This document shows, one piece after another, positions 10,697 to 20,000 of a stretch of DNA of 20,000 nucleotides. Each line of letters opens with the position of its first letter. Within the stretch, counting starts at the first letter, position 1. The notes beneath the pieces were generated by a model that ran no database searches, was not told the DNA's origin, and saw nothing but the letters and a program-made list of their open reading frames with translations. Position numbers and translations under genes: made by a program. Origin of the DNA: Proteromonas lacertae (lineage: Eukaryota); contig NGBS01000900.1 of assembly GCA_002245135.1 (NCBI GenBank), positions 48,707 to 68,706 of the forward strand, read 5' to 3'.

Positions 10697-10897
10697 ATAT
10701 ATATCTTCATTAATACTCTAATTTTTAATTTCATTGTTATTAATACCCAATTGTTGAATCATACTTATCATCAGAACACATGCATTAGAATTATAACATT
10801 TTTGTTTATCTATAGCAACTCTGTGATTAGAAAAATGAAATTAATACCAATTTACATTGACATTGTCATTATTATGTAACAATTTGCATTTCTTAAA

Positions 10898-13043
10898 ATG
10901 AAAGTATCTGATTCATATATTAGTGAAAATGGGTATTATATATATTAAATGTAACAAAAATAGACTATGCAGACAAATTGCAAATCAAGGCTTTGGAGAT
11001 TTAAAAGTTTTAGTTGGAGGAGAAGAAATTATTAGTTCAAAGGCCGTTTTCATAGTTTCAAACCCTATATTCAAAGAATTGATAGAAAATAGTGAAAATG
11101 GTAATGTTATTGAATTTAATGAGGATTGTAGTATTGAATCATTTTTTGAGCTAGAAAAGTATTACAGTGGAGGGTGTATGAATATAAATCAGAATAATGT
11201 ATGTGACATGCTATCAACATGTATTTATTATAATGAATGTAAAGTAATTCCAAGTTGTTTGAAGTTTATAAAAGAACATTTAAATGAAGAAGTCATTATG
11301 AAACTGATAAGAATGATTAATGCATATGAAGATAATATTGAAAGAATGAAAGAAGTGATAAGAGAGGTAAAGGTTATAATTGATAATTATGTCAAGAAAA
11401 ATGGATATAAACTATTGAAAGAAGAATATTTGAATGAATTAGAATTGAAAGATTTGAGAATAATAATAAAAGAAATGAAATATATAAAGAATAATGAGAA
11501 TTGGTTATTTAATATTTTGTTCGAAAAATATGAAAAAGAAATGGAAAAAGAAATATATAATGAAAAAGAAAAGATTGAAATAGAGAATGAATATATAGAT
11601 TTAATAACAAAATCAATTAATTTTGATAAAATAGAGATGAGATTATTAAGACCAAGAGAAGTTGATTTTATAAAAGATAAAATGAGTTTGTCAAAACTGT
11701 TTTACAAAAGTAATAATAAAAATAATAATCATATATTCATTAATTTGAATAAGATAGAAGATAAAGAGATAGAAGAAATAATATTTAAATATTATATAGA
11801 AGATGAGTTAATATTAATAGAAGAAAGAGATATAGAAGTATTAGAAAAGAGTGATGTAAAGAAGGTAATAGAAATGCTAATACAACATGAAGATATAAAA
11901 ATGAAAGAAATAAGCATGATGATCATTCTTGATAGTAAAATGAGAAATGAAAATGTAGATGAAATAATTAGTAAAGAAGAAATGTCTAATCTAATTATGT
12001 TATTAGCAAATGAATATAAATCCAATGAAAGTGAAAGATTATATAAATGCTTTTGTTTATTCATTAAAGATACAGATACTATATCAACAATTAGATATTT
12101 ATGTGGAATAGAAATATTCTTTCATATATTGAATTACTGCTGTTATTTAACTAATGATATAAAAGAAAAATTAATCACTTATATAAGAAATCAAATTTGT
12201 AATGATAATGAATATGAAATGATGATAAAAACAGTGTACAATAAAGAAATAATATCAGAATTAATAAAAGTTACCTCATTTACCTATCCTTCATCAATAA
12301 TAAAAGTATATGGCAAATTCTCAATTAAACCAACATATGATGGTAAAAATTGTAAATTTTCAATAGAACCACAATTACCAGATGGAATTATGTTAAATTC
12401 TAAAACAGGAGAAATTAATGGTTGTATTGATAAAGAAATTGATAACACTGAAAATTTAGTAAGATGTCATAATACGATTTACAATTTGGAATATAAAATA
12501 ACATTAGTTTATGAAAATATTGTATTTTCTAAGGAATATAAAAATAAATATGTGACAGTCAGTTATAATGACAAAATAATAACTAATAATGATAGTAATA
12601 ATGATGATGATGATATTAATGATCATTGTTTCATTGAGATAAAGATGGAAAGGGGGATATATCGTTTTGTGTATAAATTTTTGCAAAATAGATCAGATAA
12701 TGATTCACTATCGTTTAGTTTATCTATTGTAATGTGTGGAGGATATTATGGTAATTATGAGTTTTATTCATGTGGATATGCTATAGAAAATGGTAGAAGT
12801 CTAGATATTACAGGTTTTTGTAATATTGGAAGAGTTGTTAATAAAAATCCAAATTTCAATGATTGTGGAGATGGTTCAATTTATGAAGTGATTGTTGATA
12901 TGAATAAAAGAGAATTTTGGATTAGTCATAATTATTCATCTCCTGTTTTACTTGTTAAAGATTTACCTTCTCCATTATATCCATGCTGTGAATCAGGATC
13001 AAAATGTTCAATAGAATTAATATCATATATGCATTATGAATAA
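10898..13043 (+). CDS. BTB/POZ + putative Ig (He_PIG-like) + SPRY-like domain protein, paralog 2
   Basis: ATG 10898 and intron 10933-10963 give MKVSDSYISENG|LCRQ. BTB: FGDLKVLVGGEEIISSKAVF...NQNNVCDMLSTCIYY. He_PIG-like: FTYPSS...KPTYDG...FSIEPQLPDGIMLNSKTGEING. SPRY-like: HCFIEIKMERGIYRF...YEVIVDMNKREFWI...LPSPLYPC. A further in-frame intron at 11710-11757 is possible. Confidence 0.85.
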
Positions 13044-13775
13044 TTATTATTTGAGATATTATTTGCTTTGTATGGGTAGTTTAATACTCCTAATCATAAT
13101 AGTAATAGTAAATAACAGAATATCAATAGAAAGCATTTTCTTGATGATCATATTGGCTATATTTCTTTTTTCATCATTTATTATTTTTTGAATTATTATT
13201 GTTTTAGATTGTATAGTCAGTTGTATTAAGATCTATTTCAACTAGCAAATTATAAAAATGTTTTGTTTGGATACCTAGTAGTTTATACTTAATTTACTAT
13301 ATTGTAAACAAAAAAGTCCAAGCTATGCTGTGTATAAAATATTACCTGCTTAAAGTAAAAGACTCTTTCTGAAGTAGAAAACCAACAAACATGTAACATT
13401 AAAACCAAATGAAACTAAATTAACCATTTAATTAAATGCAAAGAGTGGAATGAAAATAAAAAATTGAATAAAAACAAAAAAGAATATGAAGTAAAATAGA
13501 TGAGAGTGATTGTAAGATATATAGAAATGTTTAGACGGAAACAAGATCTTCATCATTAGTTGATAATAAAAAAATTATAAGTACATGTTTACAAATTATA
13601 AAATTACAGTGAATCTAAATTTAAACATAATCATAATAGTCATTATTAAATAATCATTTACATATACAATTATTACATATAAGTGATGTTATTAAGAGAA
13701 AATAAAATTACACCTACAAAGCATAACGACTATATTATTTAATTTGATTTTCTGTTTTAGTTTAGTAGTTGGTAT

Positions 13776-15259
13776 ATGGGTAATAAAACTTCTAAACAAT
13801 TAGGATTAGGCTTTTTAAGTAATTATAAAGTATAGTAGTTATAATTTTTACACTAGATACTGAAAAATTTAGATGCTTCTAACCACATGAATATATTTCT
13901 TGTAAAGAACAGAGAAAATGGCAGGATTGAGAGACTTAAAATGGTAATTTGTGAAAACTTTCCTGATCAAAATGTAGGTTACTTTTATAGTAGGTTAAAC
14001 ATCATTCAATCATTTTGTTCATATTATATAACTCCTTACATTATGATAAGAAGAACCCCAGAATATGTAGTATTTTCAGTTCCAGAATTTGAAACGTCAC
14101 TATCGAAGGTAAATATTAAGGAGTACTTTAGAGAATTAGACAGATATACGCTTATTTTAGAAATATGTTATGCAACCAAAATATTACATCATTTTCATGG
14201 ATTAATAAATGGTAATATAAAACCAAATAATATTCTAATTAGTAAAGATGGGCATTACTATGTTTCTGATTTGTCTTCATATTTATTATATTCTGATACA
14301 CCAAGTGGCTACCCTTTAAATGTAAATAGTATTGATTATATGCCTCCAGAGATGTTGTATAATCAAGAAATCACCACTAAATCAGATATGTGGAATATTG
14401 GAGTTATTATGTATTATATATTCTTTGGAATAACTCCATTTCATGGTAAAAATATAACGGACATTATATTGAATATTAAATTATGTTCTTATTCAATGAA
14501 ACTTATTGGATCAACTGATGAAAGTAGTAAAGTAGAACAAGAAATATTTCAAGAAGAATGTAAAAGAGTATACAAAATAATCCAGAAATTAATTGTAAAA
14601 GATGAAGGTAAAAGAATTAATATTGATGAACTATTTGAAGAAATAAAAAGTATGTACATTGTTTATATTTTTATATATTTTGATTAGATGCAAATGGAAT
14701 AAACGCTATGACAAACAAAGAAAATGAAAAAAGTGTGAATTTAGATATTCATTTTGCTAAAGATTATAAACACAAAAACATTGATATTGATGAAGATGAT
14801 CCTAAATGTATAACTAATATAAAATATAAGAAATCAACTTGGCCGCATTGCTATACAAACATTACAATGAATGTAAATACAGGTGTTTATCATATCATAT
14901 TTCAAGTATTTGTGAGTAGAAAAGAAGGAGGACAATTCTTCTTTGGAGGTACAAATAGTTTAAAATATAAAGGAAATGATGTTACAGATGGTAAAGGAAC
15001 GTGTTGTATTTCTGTTGGTTGGAATGGATCGTTGATTTATGGTAAAAATGGTGATATAATTCAAAAACCTACAGGTTATGCTAGTGATGGTGAAAAATAT
15101 GAACTTATATTTAATTCTAATCATAATAGTTTCAGTATCAAATTTGAAGATGGAAGAGAAGAAATTCTTTTCAAAAACATCAAATATCCCTTAAAAGTAT
15201 TTGCAATACCTGCCTATTTGGGAGATTCTGTTGAGGTTATTAGTTGTTGGAAGTTGTAA
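13776..15259 (+). CDS. N-myristoylated protein pseudokinase fused to a SPRY-like domain
   Basis: ATG 13776 (MGNKTSK), introns 13830-13856 and 14650-14687. Kinase motifs INGNIKPNNILI, VSDLS, DYMPPE, KSDMWNIGVI, TPFHG. C-terminal domain similar to those of the two BTB genes. Confidence 0.85.
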
Positions 15260-15384
15260 GATATGTATATATTATTTAATTTATTTAATACACTTTTTAT
15301 GGTGTTAAAAAACGAAATTACATATTTGTGACATAATGACATTTTGACATTTTAACTGTCATATTTTTATTTTTCTCTTTTCTG

Positions 15385-16300
15385 ATGAGTAATAAACAGG
15401 GAGAGATTAATGAATTATGTGATTGGATTAATGGACTGCCATTGACCAGGGAAATACATTTTCTTCATAGGGATATCAGTGATGGAGGTATATTGTTTTA
15501 TTTAGTGAAAATAGTAATTGTTTCAGAAATAGTTTATTCATATGTTCCAAATATAGTAGATTTACATAATTATAGTCAAGCAAATTCAGTAGCTTTAAAG
15601 ATATACAATTGGAACACTCTTAATCGTAATAATCACCATATATAATAAATAGAAAGAGTATTTTGTCATCTAGGCTTTCAATTGAGTGATAGTGAGATAA
15701 GAGAGCTGTCATCTTCAAATTGCAACGCTTGTGTTAAATTTATAAAACAATTAAAAGAAGCAGTATATTTACAGCTGGATATTATTAACTATAGATAAAT
15801 AATTTTCTTCTAAAAAGCCATCAAATAGAAGTTAGAAACAAACAATTAACAACTCCAAGAAGTAAAGCCAATAGTATTGCTAATAGTAATAACCAAGATG
15901 ATTTAAATAATGCACCAACAGTGGATAGTATCAATGTACATAAACGAAGTTCAATAATAAATAATTCAAAATCATTTAAAAGGTTAGAATCTTTTTATAA
16001 ATCACCAAAAGCAATAAAAGGAAGAGAAGATACTATATTCATAAAGAATGAAAGAAATGATGATGCAGAATATAGTAAAGTGGATGATAAAAGAACTTCG
16101 ATGGTTAATACATCATTACACAAAGATAAACAAATAAAACAATTGATTGACAAGAATTATGTATAATTGATTGTCATACTTATATATTTATATAGAAATT
16201 GGAGAAAGAAATGGAAAAGTTAAGATCTTTACTAAAACAAAAAGATAATCAAATTGAAGAATTAACTCGACATTTAAAAAATGCGTCAAAATTAAAGTAA
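15385..16300 (+). CDS. SPEF1: Sperm flagellar protein 1 / CLAMP homolog (CH domain + coiled coil)
   Basis: DWINGLPLTR...RDISDG|VIVSEIV...VDLHNYSQANS...KIYNWNTLN|QRVFCHLGF is the SPEF1 CH motif set. Introns 15488-15514, 15626-15652, 15763-15794 and 16161-16195. Ends KQKDNQIEEL...K TAA at 16300. Confidence 0.9.
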
Positions 16301-16451
16301 TTTATGTTTTTTATTCATTTTTTAATTTCAGTATTACTCATACTAACAAAAAACAATATAAACAAAGTTCAACAAGAATTTTCATTCATAAATGACTTTT
16401 AATTATCTAATTTTTAAACTATATATAAACTGAATATAAACAACAACACAA

Positions 16452-18700
16452 TTATTCTGGTTCCCACATAATAGCTTGTTCTAATTTACATCTCAGTCTA
16501 ATATTCTCTTTTGTTAAAATACGAATGTCTTCAATTGCTTCAGCCAATAATCTTCGAGATTCATCCGCTGATGTGTGCGATCCTTTCAATTGATCTTCAT
16601 ACACTTTAAACATCTCTTTTACCACAGATGCTGATTTATCTCTTTCAATATCAAGAGCTTTTTCATGAGCTGTTTTAATTTCTTTTATTTTTTCATTAAA
16701 TTGTTTTTCTGCTTGTGACTTTTCATAGACCAATTTCTGTTTTTGTAGTTTCTCTTCTGCTAATTCTATCTCTAAATCATCTATTCTTGATTTATATTGA
16801 TTGATTTCCCTTTCATATTTCAATTTTTCTCTTCGAACACTCTTTTCAAAATCTTCCTGTAATCTATGTCGTTCTAATTGTAATGATTTTTCTAAATAAG
16901 CATCTCTTTCTATTCTCATTTTTTCTCTTTCTTCATTCTGAATTGCTTCTCTTAAAGCTGCATCACTTGACACTACTGTTTTCTTCACTTCTAATTGATC
17001 TTTCTCTTTTACATATTCTTTTTCTATAACTTCTAATTGATTTTTTGTTTCTTCCAAATCTGACTTTTCATCTAATACGACTTGCCTTTGTTTCTTTATA
17101 AAGTTACCTGTTTCTTCAAGTTTCTGTTGTATAATCGGCTTTTCTTCTTCTTTACATGTTCCATCTTGTAAGGTTTGTTCCAAGGCTTGATATATTTTAA
17201 ATATCTTATCAAAATCAGCTTTTATTTCTTTAAATCTCATTTTTTGTATTTTATATCTTTCTCTCAGTTTTGATCTTGCTTTCTTCAATTTCTTTAATTT
17301 CTTCATTGATTCTTCAGTTTCTTCTTTTATATTATTCATTACTGCTAAAATTGTATTTTCATTCTTCATATTTTGTTTTCTTTCTTCTTCATACATTTGA
17401 TGCAATCTCTCTTTCTCTTCCCATGATTTAGATTTGGCTTGTTCAAGATCTGCTATTAAAGCTTCCATCTCTTTCATTTTCTGTTTTTCTGCTTCGCTCA
17501 TTTCTTCACCTGCAACCATTGGTTGTCCCTGTTTTTGTAATTGTTCTCTTAACGCTTTGATTTGATCTCTTAATTCTCTAATTACAGTTTCATTCTTATC
17601 TTCATTACGTCTTGTTTCGTTCTTAATCATTTTTGCACGATTGGCAAACTATACACATAAATTAATAATAATAATAATATATATACATTTAATGTAGATA
17701 TTGTTTCTTCATAATTCACTTTAGCAGGTGATATAGCAGCAATCATAATAGTTAAAGCATTACCACCTAATGATGTCTGTAGCAATCTTGTTAATTTACT
17801 GTCTCTGTATGGAATATGTTTATTCTTTTTAGGATCTGTCAAGGCATTTATCACATTACCTAAGGCCGATAATGATTTATTAATTGCAGCACCTTCTTTT
17901 AGAGTATCACCAGTTGCACCTGTTTTTGCGGCTCTCTCAGATCCTGCTAAATCGACTAAATTTATCTTAGCTTCTAAAGAAGTTTCTTTTTGAGTATCTC
18001 CTTCTATTACTGTTTGCTTTTGATCTACTTTAATAACAAAACAACTGTGACTTCTACTACTTCTATTGTTCATATTAGTAGAAGCTACTCTTCTTACTTG
18101 ATTACCTTGTTCGATATATTGGTTTAACTGATCTGCTGAGTTGACTATGAAATGAGATAATCCTTCAACATAAACACCTAATTTTGGATTTTCTCTGATT
18201 GTTAATTTTTCATCTGATAAACATAGCAAATCATTTATTTGTTCATTATAGATTTCTAAGTAAGATACTTCGATTAAAAACTTTCTTTCATCGGTTGTAA
18301 GGTCTTTGATTCTTTTAAATATATCCATATTCATTCGAGGTATAATACCTAGATCTCCATCATAACCCATCATTGTATGCGTTTTTCCTGAAGATGTTTG
18401 GCCATATGCAAAAATTGTACCATTATAACCATCAAATGCTTTAGTTAACAATGGCAATGCTAGATCATTATAAACCATTTCTTGTGTAGTATTCATATCA
18501 TAAGAATGATCAAAAGTATATGTTCTTGTTGACCTAATATTGATATAAAACATTAAAATATACTAGCTGGATCATCTAAATTTTTAACGAGTGTTCTAAC
18601 ACCTTCTTCCATATCAATGACTGGTTTTTCGTTTGCATCCTTTCTCTTTTTGATTTAGAGGTCTACATCTAACAGCCACTTGCACATTTACAGATGTCAT
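16452..18700 (-). CDS. N-terminal-motor kinesin with long coiled-coil tail (two apparent indels in exon 1)
   Basis: MTSVNVQVAVRCRPLN from ATG 18700. P-loop FAYGQTSSGKT, switch I SSRSH, switch II LVDLAGSER, HIPYRDSKLTRLLQ. Introns 18534-18563 and 17649-17686 (TLN|FANRAKMIKN). The frame needs correction near 18641-18643 and 18564. Confidence 0.93.
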
Positions 18701-18825
18701 AATCTAATAAACACACTCTCTTTTTAAATTAGAAAAAATTTGAGCTGTTATTTTAGGGGCGACTAATATGAGTGCCTAAATTTTTAAACCCCAAGAATCG
18801 TTTGTTTTTGTTTTGTCTTGATTTC

Positions 18826-20000
18826 ATGGCTAAATTACCAGACGAGGTAGAAAAAGAGTTAAATGATTATATGAAACATAATATAACAGATTTGTTCAAC
18901 CATGTGGCTGAAGCTTTACTTTTAGCAAAACCTGAACATCCCGTTAGATTTATATTAGATTATTTAATAAAAGAATATCCAGATCAAGCGTTAGGAGCAG
19001 TTATGTGTATGCTTTGTTTGTATTATCATAATAGCACCTGTATTAGCTTCAGAGATAGAAAGAAAAGCCAAAGAAACTGAATCCAAAAATAAAACTGTTA
19101 TACCACCACTGATTGAAGAATCAGTAGCTGAATTAAAGACTATAGAGTATTAATCAATTTTTTTTATTCTACATAGAGGGTTATCTATTAGAAAACGAAG
19201 ATCAAGCATCAGTATCAGCAGAAACAATGAGTTCATCAGTATATAGTAATAATCTAATAAAAAACTATAGGAAAAATTAACAACAAAAGATTTAAAAATA
19301 TCCAAAATCTCCAATGGATTTAGAATCAATACACAATATATTATCACAGAATATGTATATTTATCCTTCTATTTATATAGTTTATTTGATAATCTTGATG
19401 AAACATCCCGTGAAATCATCGTAGGAGCAATGTTTCCAAAAATATAAAAATGGTGAAATCATTATAAAAACAAGGAGATGATGGAGATAATTTCTATTTA
19501 TTATCAACAGGAGAATGTGAAATATATGTAGAAAGAGATAATAAACCAGTATTGGTGAAGTTATGTCAAGTTGGATTCATTTGGTGAATTAGCTTTGTTA
19601 TACAACGCTCCAAGAGCAGCAACAGTTGTAGCTAAAGGAGATGTTAAAGTATGGGCTGTTGATAGAACTACATTCAGAGTAATCTTAATGGAAACAACAG
19701 TAAATCAAAGAAAAAAATATAAAACATTTTTAGAAAAAGTACCGTTATTAGAGTCGTTGACTGAATATGAAAGATTGACTGTAGCTGATGCTTTGAAGCC
19801 AGTTATGTTTAATAAAGGTGAAATTATTATAAAAGAATGTGATAAAGGTGATGCTTTTTATATTATTGAAGAAGGAGGTGTTATTTGTACAAAATTAACA
19901 AATGGAGTTCAATTAGAAGTAAGCAGAGTTCATAATGGTGAATATTTTGGTGAAATTGCTTTATTATCTGATGTACCAAGACAGGCTACAGTTACTGCAA
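18826..20000 (+). CDS. PKAR: cAMP-dependent protein kinase regulatory subunit (3' end outside window; several apparent indels)
   Basis: N-terminal RIIa/Dpy-30-like docking domain (LLLAKPEHPVRFILDYL), inhibitor site RKRRS(A)SVSAE, CNB-A FGELALLYNAPRAATV, CNB-B YFGEIALLSDVPRQATVTA. Introns 19007-19034, 19147-19176, 19239-19270 and 19355-19380. Most of it is missing from the ORF track. Confidence 0.93.

Noticed and set aside
13044..13775. Longest intergenic gap (~730 bp) as a possible hidden gene or snoRNA
   Set aside because: I found no spliceable frame with recognisable motifs. TGATGA (~13142) and CTGA (~13368) are too far apart and lack a terminal stem.
920..19347. Short ORFs 920-1111, 3371-3634, 4881-5063, 9070-9252, 9819-10007, 10231-10416, 11792-12064, 12504-12686 and 19150-19347
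   Set aside because: All lie antisense to well-supported genes and show no recognisable motifs.
18560..19580. Euplotes-style programmed +1 frameshifting at AAA-TAR
   Set aside because: The shift sites do not show an in-frame AAA followed directly by a stop, and they are confined to one end of the window.
1..20000. Alternative genetic code or polyadenylation-created stop codons (as in Blastocystis)
   Set aside because: Internal stops are explained by introns or indels, and every complete gene ends in a genomic TAA/TAG.

Overview
This is a very AT-rich, gene-dense eukaryotic (protist) window using the standard genetic code. It has tiny GT-AG introns: I modelled 32 by hand, of which 30 are 24-45 nt and two are 250/251 nt. 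The ORF track therefore fragments most genes. Gene order: 3' part of an LRR protein (+); BTB-Ig-SPRY-like protein 1 (-); tRNA-Ala(UGC) (+); eEF1B-gamma copy 1 (-, one frameshift); KIN17 (-); eEF1B-gamma copy 2 (+); a 5'-truncated Dicer-like RNase III-dsRBD gene (+); BTB-Ig-SPRY-like protein 2 (+); myristoylated pseudokinase-SPRY (+); SPEF1/CLAMP (+); N-kinesin (-); PKA regulatory subunit (+, runs off the end). Four observations stand out. (1) A 1,615-bp inverted repeat of eEF1B-gamma around KIN17 is almost perfectly identical except for one 46-bp patch with 12 substitutions, and it is nested inside an older pair of divergent BTB paralogs. (2) An outsized, hairpin-rich intron in eEF1B-gamma may host an ncRNA. 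(3) An RNase IIIb-dsRBD gene is preceded by a remnant of an RNase IIIa domain right at the repeat boundary. (4) A SPRY-like C-terminal module is shared by two BTB proteins and a pseudokinase. The last ~1.5 kb carries several indels that look like assembly errors. The organism is not determined. Tiny introns, AT richness and SPEF1 would fit a flagellate or an Opalinata/Blastocystis-like stramenopile, but that is inference.
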